Positions 13,001 through 26,397 of a stretch of 64,000 bases of DNA are shown here, piece by piece. The translations under genes and the position numbers were made by a program. Source of the DNA: Rhizophagus irregularis (Eukaryota); assembly GCF_026210795.1 (NCBI RefSeq), contig NC_089431.1, positions 4,402,001-4,466,000 on the forward strand. Reading direction: 5' to 3'. Numbering within the stretch: the stretch's first letter is position 1; each line of letters begins with the position of its first letter. The notes under the pieces are model-generated. The model worked only from the letters and a program-made list of their open reading frames with translations, searched no databases and had not been told where the DNA came from.

Positions 13001-13756
13001 TTACTTTTTATTTTATAATATAATTAATTTGATTTTTAGTATAAGTATATTTTTTCATTTATTGGTAATAAATTTTATTAATTTATATAAATATATCATT
13101 TTATCGTATTCACAGAATTTATTTCTTCAGTTTATTTATCGGATAAATAGTAATGGATGAATTATTTTCTAATAAACATTAATAAATATCAGAAACTTTA
13201 AATACACCGATCGATTAATTAACCGATTAAGGCGGTTAATCGGTCAAGATACCGTTAATATGCTAAGTTGGTTATAGTAAATAGCGTTTCGATCCGGATT
13301 AAATAATTACTCAATTCCGAGATAAAAAGATAAAAAGTAAAACTTCAATTTTTGTAAAAAATTGAGATTATCAACACTACGATCAAATTCGTAGCACTAA
13401 GAGTTTCGAACAAGTTGTTAGTTCATGAAATATTTTCAGGTTATCCGAAATCTGCGATATTTTAATTTATTATTTTAAGATTTTAATAACGAAAATAAAT
13501 TACACAAGATATCAAGATATATTTATTCATTTATTATATTTTTTTGTTTATTATTAATGGATCTTAAATTACATGAAGAAATAATTAAAAAACAACTAAA
13601 TTTATTATATACATCTTGAAGGTTAAACTAAAGTTTAATAAAGCTTAATTCTCGAAATTGTATAAAAAGTATTAAGCTTAAATAGTATGTATATATCACG
13701 TGTATGTAAGTCACGTGTGGGACAGACGAACATTGTAGAATGTAATCCTCCACTCC

Positions 13757-13890
13757 TAAATCATCGTCTACTCGGGTTCGCCGGGTTTGCGATTTGGTTG
13801 ATAGTGTTGTCGGCTTAATGTATTTTTTGTCCTTATAATTTGTACTATAACTTTGTTTTTCTGCGTCATAAAAATAAAGATAAAAAAAAG
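13757..13890 (+). mobile_element. 5'-truncated non-LTR retroposon (LINE/SINE 3' end)
   Basis: Ends in A-rich tail ATAAAAATAAAGATAAAAAAAAG; flanked by perfect 11-bp direct repeat TCCTCCACTCC (13746-13756, 13891-13901). Confidence 0.65.
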
Positions 13891-14244
13891 TCCTCCACTC
13901 CGCTTCGGACAATAAACTAAAAAATACTCAACTATAATCGGTTAGCTCAGATACACAATTTATCATAACAAATTACTGTATTCAATATACCGTAATTCGG
14001 GAAAAATACTTTTTAAGACAAATAAAATTTGACAAGGAAATATTATTTTTAACGAGAAAAAAAAATATAAAATATAATAATAAATTTATTTATACAGTTT
14101 AATTAATATTCGTGATAAAACTTATGTTAAAATATATGAAATACATGATAAATAAAATAAATACTATGAATATGATATATATATATGTATATATTGTATG
14201 GTAAAAATACAACCAAAATGAGTAGTTATAGTATATGAAATTAA

Positions 14245-16191
14245 TTAACAATAATTAGTATAAGCGTTAATTTTTTTATTATATGTAAAATACATATCCA
14301 AGTACGTATGAATTTTATGTGTATGGGAAAACGGAACGAGTGAAAGTTTTCCAACTTTCATATCCTGCCCTTTAAAAAAATGATTTTTCCATTTATCCTC
14401 CACCAAAATTTTCGCACCTATATCTGCAATATTATACGGATGCGTGGTAATTTTATCATATCGGAAATACCCAGCCATGTCTGAAATAATTTTACTCATC
14501 GAAATGATATTTTGTCCTTTGGCATAAATCTTACGACGAAGTTCGACATTATAATCCATAATATGTGCGCCATAGGTTTCTGTAATCCAATTCTTCGAAA
14601 TTACCAAGTGAACTGTATCCTCGCCTGAACATGCTCGAAGTAACTTGTGAAAATCATGTACATTAAAGAAATCGCAAATATTGCTCCAAGACATTGTCCA
14701 TGGGTCCAATTGACGAATCGAAGCATGTAATGCAGGATTATCATTATTAACGGATTGATAATGCAGATAAATTTCAATCGATTCAGTTTTTCTTGCAGGT
14801 GGAGATAGCCAATTGCAAATTTTTGTGATTGAGTCTTCAAGAAAATTATATATCGCTTTCAGGAAGGGAGTGATTTTCCGATTATTTCCAGCTAGAATGG
14901 GATCCGATGGCATCATTTCAAACATAAATTCACTTGTTGAATGTGGAGAAATTCCGTTATTGCAATTAAACATTGTAATACTTGCAATTAGATTTTTTTG
15001 TTGTTGATCATCCATGAGAGGAAACTCGCCAGTAAGGATATGACGTGTAGCTTGTATACGATCTCGTGGTTCGACAAGATTGGTAACAAGGTAAAATATA
15101 CTATCTCCAGAATCAAAGGCTTCTGCCCAAAGTTTATGTGCTTCTTGTCGAGATTTCGGTGATTTAACAGATTTACTCCAGTGAGAAATTAATGATCTAA
15201 CTTTTGGGTGAAGCTCATTTTTCGTGGGGTTAGGAGGACCATTATTTGGCGCATCTTTATATTTCAAGACTTTATTGACAGCATCCTCAAAATATTTTAA
15301 AGTCTTCTTTGTCCATACACTAGAAAACCAAACTTCAATGATCGATCGAATTGGTGCTTTTCCTATCATCATTTCTTTAATAACATTGGTTTTTGCTACC
15401 GCATAAATCGATCCTTCATAACCAATAAATTTATTTGGTTCATTTACAGAATTCATAGTTTTCTCAATTCTAGCTCGTAAAAGAAAATCCAAATCTACAA
15501 AACCTACAGCAACATGAACTTTTCCTTGATCAAACGTCATACTTTGTTTTGGAGTATTACTAAAACTTTGAGCATATTTGCCTTCGAATTCATCAAATGA
15601 TTTTTTTACTTTTTCAGTGAAAATGTCACCAATTTTTCTTGGAGACGAAATAAATTTTATAAGTTCTTTTGAATATTCATTCCATCTTTTCAAAGTGTGA
15701 AAAAGTCCTCCGTTAACATTAAGATTTAAATATTTATCGACATCTTGATTTTCTATTATTAATGATCTAGAACGGTTAAGAAGTTGTAATCGTTTCGTTT
15801 CATTTGGATATTTCGTGGCATATTCTTTTCCAAAATCAGGTACTTTCGAACCTTCTAAATGCTTACGGTACATATGATTAATTAATAATTCGGGATGCTT
15901 AAGTAACATAAGATTAAATAATAATTCTGTGAAATCATCATCATCCTCCTCATCATCATCATCAGATTCACGGATAAATTCGGTAATTTCTTCATCATCG
16001 GATTCATCAATAATTTTATCATCGGATTCATCGATAATTTCGTTAATTTTAACGACTGGTAATTTATTATTACATGACTTTTTATGCTCTTTCCAGTCTT
16101 TTTTTTGACATTCTTTAGAGCAATAATGAGTTTTTCGGCATTTTGCACAGTGGGTTTTAGTAAGTTTTTTGCATACGTAGCATTTATCCAT
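14245..16191 (-). CDS. MYND-type zinc finger protein, 648 aa, single exon
   Basis: N-terminal CYVC..CAKC..YCSKECQKKDWKEHKKSC MYND motif, acidic tract, uncharacterised C-terminal domain. Confidence 0.9.
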   Translation of the reverse strand: MDKCYVCKKLTKTHCAKCRKTHYCSKECQKKDWKEHKKSCNNKLPVVKINEIIDESDDKIIDESDDEEITEFIRESDDDDEEDDDDFTELLFNLMLLKHPELLINHMYRKHLEGSKVPDFGKEYATKYPNETKRLQLLNRSRSLIIENQDVDKYLNLNVNGGLFHTLKRWNEYSKELIKFISSPRKIGDIFTEKVKKSFDEFEGKYAQSFSNTPKQSMTFDQGKVHVAVGFVDLDFLLRARIEKTMNSVNEPNKFIGYEGSIYAVAKTNVIKEMMIGKAPIRSIIEVWFSSVWTKKTLKYFEDAVNKVLKYKDAPNNGPPNPTKNELHPKVRSLISHWSKSVKSPKSRQEAHKLWAEAFDSGDSIFYLVTNLVEPRDRIQATRHILTGEFPLMDDQQQKNLIASITMFNCNNGISPHSTSEFMFEMMPSDPILAGNNRKITPFLKAIYNFLEDSITKICNWLSPPARKTESIEIYLHYQSVNNDNPALHASIRQLDPWTMSWSNICDFFNVHDFHKLLRACSGEDTVHLVISKNWITETYGAHIMDYNVELRRKIYAKGQNIISMSKIISDMAGYFRYDKITTHPYNIADIGAKILVEDKWKNHFFKGQDMKVGKLSLVPFSHTHKIHTYLDMYFTYNKKINAYTNYC

Positions 16192-16726
16192 TGCTTATAA
16201 AAAGAATTTTTATCAAGTAAATAGATAGTGTAGTATATTTATGAAAAAAAAAAAAAAAAATTCGAGCAAGTTGAAAGTGTGTTTAAATAACTTCTTTATG
16301 TTACACATCGCTTTTAACATATTTTCAAAATCATCATTGATATATTTTTAAATTTATCGTACAAAAAAGATAATTCTATAAAGTAACAAAATTAATATTA
16401 TTGTTTTAAAATCGACTCAAATTAGAAATTTATTATTTCCAAGAAAGTATTTGAAATGAATTTTGTTCGGTTATTAAAAAAAAAGTGATTTATAAATCAT
16501 GATAACAATATCAAAGAATATCAAATCCTTTCTTTTATAAATAGTACACGGTACGTTTCATTGATTTTTTTGGGTGTAACGTAAAGAAAAACCGAAAAAG
16601 TAATGACAATACCAACAATTTTTATACAGTTAACCAAATTTATATTTTTAAAACGTTATAGTTTGACATATGAAGCACCAAAGATATGACCAAAGGTTTG
16701 AAATACAAATACAAACAGATCATAAA

Positions 16727-16829
16727 GTCACGTGAAATCACGTTATTCGAAGTGACGTTGTTTGAAGTGATGTTATTTGAAGTTACGTCAGTTGAAGTGA
16801 CGTCATTTGAAGTGGCGTGACGTTATTTA
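16727..16829. repeat. 15-bp tandem repeat GAAGTGACGTYATTT, ~6 copies, with CRE-like TGACGT cores
   Basis: Directly visible ~540 bp upstream of the MYND gene start. Confidence 0.75.
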
Positions 16830-17177
16830 AAAAACCCCCTTGTCTTTTTGTAACAAATGTAACAAAGGGCAAGTTTTATAAATTTAACTATTATGGTGAT
16901 TGTATTTAAAGTTGTTTCTTAATAGAAGTTACTGCTCCCTTTTTATTATTCGGCCGAATTATAAAACAAGGAAAAAAAAATATTTTCTCGAATAAGAATG
17001 TTTAAAATGAATAAAATTTCTTGAATGTGATAAAAGTAAAATAAAATAAAATAAAAATTGACTATTATAAACTGTGGCATAAATTAAAGAATATTCGTTA
17101 AATTGCCTTATATTTCAGGTATTGTACGTTATTGCATTTTATTTTGTGAAATGAAATTTTTTAAATGATACGCCATA

Positions 17178-17606
17178 TTTTGCGCAGCATAGAAAAAAAA
17201 TCCTTTTACTTTACTTTGCGCAGCATAAAAAATAAAAAAGTCCTTTTACTTTACTTTTGCGTAGCATAGAAAATAAAAAATCCTTTTACTTTACTTTGCG
17301 CAGCATAAAAAATAAAAAAGTCCTTTTACTTTACTTTTGCGTAGCATAGAAAATAAAAAAATCCTTTTACTTTACTTTGCGCAGCATAGAAAATAAAAAA
17401 ATCTTTTTACTTTACTTTGCGCAGCATAGAAAATAAAAAAATCTTTTTACTTTACTTTTGCACAGGCATAAAAAATAAAAAAATCTTTTTACTCTACTTT
17501 TGCGCAGCATAGAAAATAAAAAAATCTTTTTTCTTTACTTTTGCGCAGCATAGAAATAAAAAAATCTTTTTTCTTTACTTTTGCGTAGCACAGAAAATAA
17601 AAAATC
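17178..17606. repeat. ~40-bp minisatellite (TTTTGCGCAGCATAGAAAATAAAAAAATCTTTTACTTTAC), ~10 copies
   Basis: Directly visible; followed by three degenerate ACAAATGTACCTTCGCCATCACATAGCGCT copies at 17690-17840. Confidence 0.9.
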
Positions 17607-18854
17607 ATTTAAATACTTTAAAGTTTAAATTGGTTTAATTTATGAAAAATAATTTTAAAAAATTAATTTTACTTACATTGAACGACAAATCAAATGTACT
17701 TCGCCATCACATATCACGAAGCGCTTTAATTAAATATATTATTTCAGAACAAATGTACAAATGTACCTTCGCCATCACATAGCGCTTTAATTATTTTCAG
17801 AACAAATGTACAAATGTACCTTCGCCGTCACATAGCGCTATAATTAATAAAAAAAAGTTTTAATATAGAATTTTTTAACGTCTTTGTATATATAAATTTT
17901 TATAATATACTAATATTTCCTTTTCTTTATTAAAATATAAAATATAATTCACGCGAACATACATTTCTCGCATGGCCGATATTAAAGTCATTAAACCGGT
18001 CAAACTTATTAATTCGGACCGAAATTATATTAATTTCGGTCAATCGGAATTAAAATCGGTTTGTTTAACCAATAAGAAATGATATAAAATTTATAAAATT
18101 AAATAAGTTTAGACAGTTTAGACAGTTTAGACAGTTTGAGATAACCGGCTAATTAAACCGACTCGAAATGATATTAGTTTTTGGCTGAAATTAAGATCAC
18201 CAGCTTTCGTAATCGAAGATATTTAATTTAACCAGTTATTTTTTTATTCAAAAACTCTATTTATAATAATCAATATAAATAAAAATTATGGTTATTTATT
18301 TAACATATAAAAATTTTACTTAAAAGTATAAACAAATAATCGATAAAAATTTCTTTATATGGTTCCAATTTTAATCGACTATTACTTTAATCACTTAAAA
18401 ATGAACTCTGATCGAAATAAAAATATATGATGTGATCGTGTAAAACCGTCAATATGTATGCATTGTTACGTATAATAAATCAAGGATTAATTATTATTAT
18501 TATAAAGGAGATATTTATTTGTTTTACGACTTTTGAATTTTGATACGTAATTTAACACCATCGATCATTACATGTGATTTAAAAAACAACGTTTGTGATC
18601 GACGGCAATATCCTAGATATAAAATAAGATTTTTTTTTTTTTTTTTTTTTAAAAACTATTACATGTTATGATAATTAAATAATTTTTTTTTATAGATACC
18701 GTAAGTATAAAAAATGAAATAAGAATTTATATATATTAAAAATTTAAAAATCCATCCTCGACGGAAGAATCGGAAGATCTACAAGTAATAAATTTATATT
18801 TAATATTTTACGTATTTATTAAATGAAAGTAAAAAAAAAATCACCTGCTAAAAA

Positions 18855-20484
18855 TTATTCATTTGAATTTACTGGTTCAGGAAGATTTTCGAAACTTAAA
18901 AGTCTACTAGTATAAATTGCTTGAGGATGTATTTGAATATTTTCAGGGACAGTTTTATTATCCCTAATTTTTTCACATTCTTTTATTTGAGTATAAATAT
19001 CACCGGTCCTATCCATAGCTTCATCTCTCCATCCTTGTAATTTTTTACATATTTTTTTAGCAGTTGGTCTATTTTCTGGTTTAGCATCCCAACATTCAAC
19101 GATTAATTCAGAAATTAATTTTGGAGTATCATCAGAAATTTTTGGTCTAAGTCCTTCACATATTTTAATAGCCAAATTATTATCATGAGGTATATCATTA
19201 TAAGGAATTTCTTCTGATATATATTCATTCATTATTATTCCAAATGAATAAATATCAGCTGATTTTTCATATTGACCACCACGTAAAATTTCTGGTGCCA
19301 TATAAGGTAATACTCCATAAATACCTTTTTTAGGTAATTTAATTTCATTATTTGCTGGTTGACACATTCCTAAATCACTAATAAATACGTTATAAATATT
19401 AGCGAATAATATATTACCGGAATGAAAATCTTTATGAACTTTTCCAGAATTATGAATATTTGAAAGCCCATTTGCCATGTTTGACAAAATTTCAATTTTT
19501 GAAGTATATTCTACAGATTTATTTAAACAATTTCTTAAATTTCCGGATTGACAATAAAATAAAACGATCATATAATCTTTAGTACTAGGATCTTGAGTTA
19601 TTCCAAAACATGGAATAACGTGCGAAAAATCATCCGAAATATAAGATTTTATCTAAAAATAAAAATAAAAAAATAAAAATTTATTAATAAAGTAATAATA
19701 ATATATAATAATAATAATAATTATAATAATAAAAATTAATTTTTTATTTTTTACTAAATGAATAATTAATATTAGTAAAAAAAAAATAAAAAAAAAATTA
19801 ATAATTTACCATATAAAATTCATTTATGTTAATTACCTCATTTAAAAAGTCGGTACTTATTTCAGAAGAGTTATCTAAACTTTTTAAAGCAACTTTTGTA
19901 TTTGAAAATCTATCCCATCTTTGATTTTCAATATCCCAATAATGAATATAACCTTCGGACCAATCGGCCGAATAAATTTTACTAAAACCACCTCTGGTTA
20001 CATAAGTAACATTTTCAAATTTTTCAAAAGGAATCCATTCCAAACATTTTGTATAATATACAGCATTAAGTTGTGATTGTTGTATTAATTCGTCAATATC
20101 TTTATTTCCACTGGTCCAATTTCCAAAGTTTTCCGTAAATCTATTAGCATTACAAGGTTGACACCAATTTCTTCCAGTACCTGGTTTATTACATTCTCCA
20201 CATATTCCATATACTTCTTTTCTTTTCTTTAAGTCATTTATAAAAACGGGTTCTCTATGTGACTCGGAGATATTATCTGATTTAGATGAAACGTGGTACT
20301 GTATTATAATATTAATTATAATATTAATTAATTACATGTTAATTATACAAAGTCGATAATTAATAAATTTAATTTTTTTTACCTGATAATTAATATTAGG
20401 ACTCTTCCATAAATTTCGTTTTTCCATCGTTGAATTATTTTCATCTTCGTTATTAGAATTAAATATCTTTTTAAATGATTTCAT
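18855..20484 (-). CDS. TKL-like Ser/Thr/Tyr protein kinase
   Basis: Exons 20484-20383, 20298-19837, 19652-18855; CGEC..WCQPC N-terminal motif, GGFSKIY, VALK, HKDFHSGN, DLG, YMAPE. Confidence 0.9.
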
Positions 20485-23400
20485 CTTTTAATAAATAAAT
20501 AAATATTATAAATATTGTACTCAATAAATTTAATCAAAAAAAAAAAGAAAGTTTTTCTTTTTTGTTTTGTTGATAAAAAAATATGGCGTTTAAAATAAAA
20601 AAAAATTCGTTAATATTGTTTACTAATCGTCTCATGTCACTTATTTGTTATTGTTTTTTTTTTCCGAGTTCTTTTTTATATTTGGATAAGAATCATGTTG
20701 TGTACTTTATTGAAATTATAATTTTTGTTATACAATCATTTTAATCGGTTATCGCTAACTTTCCCGTTAATCCGTTCGGACCGATAATGCATTATGAATA
20801 TACTTTTTTATGTGACGTTTCACGGTATTTAATATATTTTTTTTTTCCAAAATTATGAAACTTTATTCTGTCGATCAAATTTCATCTCGTACAAAAATAT
20901 CAAAATTTTGATTACACTATTATTCTTTTTTTCGAAGTAAAAAATTATTATTATTATTATTTATTATAAAGAAGAATAATAAAAAAAAAAGAGAATAATA
21001 AGAATAATAGAATTTTTTATAATTATCAAATTAGATAATTGTGATCGTCCTCATTTTTAAGTTCATATAAAATTATTCGTGTGGGTTACAAAAAATGTAA
21101 TTAAGGATAACTTTATTTCAAATTATAATTATTAAAAAAAAAATTTTAACCTTATTTAATTGGTTCAATCCAAATTTTAAATTTTCATGGGCGTTTTTTT
21201 TTATACTGCGTAAAAATGATCGTCGCTAAATTGTATCACGACAAACGTGCTAAAATTTTTTTCATTCCTAGTTTAAGTTAAAATAACACAAATAAATATA
21301 AATATTCTAATGTTTCATTGAATACAAGGAATTTTCGTTTAGGTTCTTTGTGAACTAAAAAGTATTCATTCAATTTATTGGTTATACAGCATATATCTAG
21401 TTATTAAAAAAAAAAATCTTATTGGGATCAGCGACCGGGTTACAATTATTAATAATAATTACGATTGGCACAAGTACCAAACATTTTATTGGAAAAAGAA
21501 ACAGGATTTTAAGTTTGGTACGCCAAAAATGTTACATATAATTATTATTTTTGAATTTCGGCTTTTTTGTTTCCTATGTTTTCTATACAAATGATATTTA
21601 ATTTTTTTTTTCGGTTTATATATTCATTCATGTAATATATATATATGATATCAAAAGTGATGATAATTTATATATACTCTACATATACAGTATACTATAT
21701 TATTATATGTATCTCTCTATATACTGTATATATTAATAAGATGTTTGATATTTACATATTTAAGTTCTTTATAATTTAAAGTTTTCATGATGTAAAATAT
21801 TTATTTTGCATGCTTTTCTTATTATTCACAAGATTTAAAATTATAATTTTAATATTACCTTAAAAGAAAAGTCTCACCATTAAACTTGTTTGAAAAAAAA
21901 ATATTAGGTTCCCATATGATCGGATTATACCCTCAAAGAATATATTTATATTATGAGATCTGATTATCAGATTTATGGAAAAAATTTTTTTCTGTCAAGT
22001 AATATTTTTTTTTTTGTAATGGTTCATTCAGTTTTATTGTAACAAACATTTTTTTTAATTTTGTCTCACCTGTTACGAAATTTTCATAGTGCACAAAATG
22101 AATTTCCAAAAACAGATTTAATCACGTGAAATTTTCATTGGATCGGGTATTCAAGTTTCAAAGTATTTTATTTTTTGACAAAATCCTTGTCGGCTTGGTT
22201 ATCAGTTTTTTTGGGTTCTAGTATGTTCTACTATATAGTTTCTTTGTAACTTTTACTGTAAACTTTGTTCATTTTTGAGAAATAAAAAATAAAATAAAAT
22301 AACAAAATCCTTTAATTAATAATAAAAGAACCACAATATCATTTTTTTTTTTTTGAGAAATTATTATTAATTTAGGAAATTTAATATGTACGTGCATTTT
22401 TATTTAATTTATTTTTTATTCTTGGATTTCTATTATCGACCGGTCATTTGGTTTATTTTATAATTATTACATGCATAAATTATAAATTAAAAAAGAAAAT
22501 AAAAAATGGAAATTGATATAGATTACTTGATTTGTATAAGGATAAAAAATTTTTTTAACCCGTTTTTTAATCATATTTGTGCGTGTGTAACATTATTTCC
22601 CCCTTGCTAAAAAAAGTCCTTATGAATTCATTTTATTAAATTTTATTAAATTGGTTAAAATTATGTTCTTACGAAAAAAAAAAATTTCGTAAAAGAATTA
22701 AATATATGTATGATGTGCTATTGTATCAAAAGTTATCAACATTTATTTATGCACTTTTTTTTATTATTTACATGAATTTTTTTATTAGTCATAATGTGTT
22801 TAAAATGTGTTTAAAATGTGTTTAAAAGTATCTCTCAAATTTTTCTTAAAAAATATCTTTCAAAATTTATTATTTTTGCTTTTATAGCAACTTCGTTGAA
22901 TGACACTTTTAAAAGTTATACATATTCACAATAGTGAGAGATACATTGAACTTGACGGTAAATATAAGCTGTACTGTGAACTGTAAAATTTAAAATATCA
23001 AAATTCGTTGTGCCGTTACCGGATGACTAATGCAGACTAACTAAAAGCATTATATATTAGCCAGCTAATCGTCATCTGATACGAGGCATAACGTTATACG
23101 GGGAAAATGATTATTGATTTTTTTTCATTACGATACTGTATAACGAACCGAACTCTCTTACCTTAAAACCAATTTCATAGTGTTTAAAAAATCTTGATAT
23201 CCCTAATATTATATAAAGCTCAAATATAATGTTTACTGTTTTACCATTTATAATCCCATAATTTAATTACTGGTACGCTGATCTTGGTGGATGATTTAAA
23301 ATCTTAATTCTGACCGAAATTAATATTCTTAATCACGTGATCCATCTATTTACAATGGAGTTCGGCATATAAAAAAATTTACATACCGAACTTTTATTAT

Positions 23401-24479
23401 ATACCGAACTTTTGTTATTGAACCACGTGTTCGGTATATCGACTTTTATTTTATTGGTTTTTTATTGAATATGTAATTTTTGATGATATTTTTTCGCTAT
23501 ATTATAACTAGTGAAGGAAAAATACTATTATATTAAAAAACTACTTATCTGAAAATGCTTTTATAATTTTTTTTTTTTGACGAATTTAATTATTTGTGAT
23601 TACGTAACAGTTTGATAAATTATTATTAAATAGATATAAAACAGATAAAAATTTTTATATTGTAAGTTTCTCTGATAATTTCCCGTCCCGAATGTTTTAA
23701 TTTGTGGGTTATAAATCAAATTTTACATTCAATTCAGAAGCGTTATCTTTATTTCTGAAATCTTTAAAAATTTTCCAAAATTTTCGGTGCTTCGTAAATT
23801 GTAAAGAAAAAAGAGAGTTACAGTACTCAATATTCCCACGCTGTACCCAACCGTAGTACTGACTGGGCCATCAATTCGGCACTTTCCACTGTGCATGGCA
23901 TGGCCGTAACTTGATAATCAATTATATAATACTTTACTAATCATCAATCTAATTCAACATAAACCTTATGAAAACGGATCTTCGGTTATTTATCCTTAAA
24001 AGTCATCTCATACAATTCTATTGATGAATTAAATATTATTTAACACATTTTTCTCATTAAAATACGTTTCTAAACGAATATTGTTTTGAATTTTTATATT
24101 ATTATTTATTATTTATCTATTTTACGGTACAAATGAAATTTTTTTTGAATATTTATAATTTTTTCTCACCAAACTATGTTATCTCTGTTTAGAAAAATCT
24201 AATTTTTTCCCCCGGTATATAACGTTTGACACTTTTGAATTTTAATTTCATTTAAAAAAAAATTATTTTTTTTTTATTCGTTGTCCGGAAGGCCTTGATC
24301 ACGCGTAATTAATAGCCTCTTTTTGTTACTTAAAAATAAATAAATAGATAGATAAACAATTTATATATTTAAAAACAGGTTTAATAAACAACATGTACAA
24401 GAAATAAATTATGTGTAGTATATTAATATAATTTTACCTATATTTCATTCATCTTTGCTTTCGCCCAATCAAATTTACT

Positions 24480-25490
24480 GTGATTCAAAAGGATGTCCAT
24501 TATCATTAAAGGACTGAAAACTAGTATAATATAAAGTTGTAACTAAAACCAAGAGATTCCAAGTTATTCATCCAAACAAATCCTCGTCGTAATGTGTGGG
24601 AAAACGGTGTATACATTTGTTTACTTGTGTACATGTTGTTGCGAATAATCAAGATGATACCAAGTGCTTTAAAAGGCGAAGCCGTTCCAAAAAAATCCGA
24701 GTGGAGGAAAATTAAAGAAATGATGGCATATTTACTACCATTCCACACCAGATACTAAAAGTAAAGCGATAACCGGCACGATAACTGAATTATAAATGTT
24801 AGTTTAAATATATTGATAAGCATAAATGTTTATTTATTTGAAGTATTTAAATTAAACTTATAAATAATTGTCTTACCTTGCTGAAAAATTCATTAGTATC
24901 TAAACATTTTAATACAAAACTTTTATAAGAGTCCCTTTTCCATTCCTCATTAATGTATAATAATGGACCATTCTTCCATATTGCCGAGCATAAAATAACA
25001 GTACACGAAAAAAATATAAAAAACTTTTCTAAATATCTTGGCGAATGTTTACTGCTGATGATATTGATCTCTGGGTACATTATAATTATTATTTCCCTTA
25101 ATAAATAATATTTATCATTCAAGATCGAGTACACTTGAATGAATTTACTAAATTACCGCACCTCAGCGACTGGCCATGACCAATTAATTAGTTGTACAAC
25201 GTCGAGTCAATTTCAAGATATAATGGGACCGTTATTCCTGAAGAATGAGTCAATATGTTTAATTAATAATATCAAGAAAGAGATGTTTTGAAATTATGTA
25301 AATTAAATATTGACCTTCCGATATCTATCCCCAATAATAATAAATAAACATTTAAAAAACTTGCAAAAGCTCTTAAAACCCATTCCGCTTTTGAAATATT
25401 GCAAGTATATATTATATCAAATGAGTTTCCAATGAAGATGATGCCACCAAATTTCTTGCCGACTTTCGTTCGCGTTGTCTTAAAGTGATA
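24480..25490 (-). pseudogene. Degenerate multi-exon gene relic including a kinase N-lobe-like fragment
   Basis: SAIWKNGPLLY..FVLKCL..EFFSKV resembles the kinase N-lobe exons elsewhere in the window; surrounding frames are broken by stops. Confidence 0.35.
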
Positions 25491-26137
25491 ATTACTAATC
25501 TACAAGAAATTAAAAATCGTCTTTTGGAAACATATTCATTGAATGAATTCTTTAAACATGAATTTCAAAAAAAAATATCTGGCGTCACATCAATAAATGA
25601 ATTATACAGTGAGTCATACATGTAAATTTAATAAAATTAAATCTCGTCATACAAAAAATTTTTTTTATTATGGATAAAATTATGTGAGAACATATTATAA
25701 ACTGCATTTTTTAATAATTAACTATTTCTTTTGATCTCAATACGCAGCACTTGTTTTTTTATAAATATGACTCATTATTAAACATACGTATATTGTTTTT
25801 TATTAGGTCTAAAAAAAAAGTCAAAATGACGTGATCTTTCCATAAAAAAAAAATGACTAATATTGCTGATGCTACTGATGCTAAGCTATCAGATAATACT
25901 AGTCTGACTTTTAACAGATTATCTAGATTATCTAAAAACGCGTGATATTTTCGATAACTACAATAACTATTGATTAATCATTGACGCGTTTTGTAAATAA
26001 TTATGTAATTATAACGCCAACGCCAACTTTCATAAGCTTATGGGAAAAAATGATGTAATATTGTAACCAAACTCCCTAAAGAAGTATAACAAGATTATTA
26101 GTCACTATATATCTGAAAGGGTTTTTTAAAAGTATAT

Positions 26138-26332
26138 ATATACCCTCACTCTTTTTTTTTAAAAAAAAATACACCCTTCTCTCACTTCTTTTTTTTTAAA
26201 AAAAATACACCCTTCTTTCTTTCTTTAAAAAATATGCCCTTTCTTTTTTTTATAAAATACACCTTCTCTTTCTTTAAAATTACACACTTCTTTCCTTCTT
26301 TAAAATACACATTATATTATGTATTTTATTAT
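26138..26332 (+). repeat. Degenerate TACACCCTTCT-Tn-An repeats (~6)
   Basis: Directly visible just upstream of the intron array. Confidence 0.6.
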
Positions 26333-26397
26333 TTTACTCTTTAAAAAATTATTAACTTTGGAAGTTTAGCATTACTGAAGTTGAAAATAAAAAAATA

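Noticed and set aside
14601..16148. Short ORFs overlapping the MYND gene (and similar ones over the kinase, F-box and SET genes)
   Set aside because: Alternative-frame or antisense shadows of real CDSs
17178..17606. CRISPR-like repeat-spacer pattern
   Set aside because: Units are contiguous near-identical copies without variable spacers; this is a minisatellite
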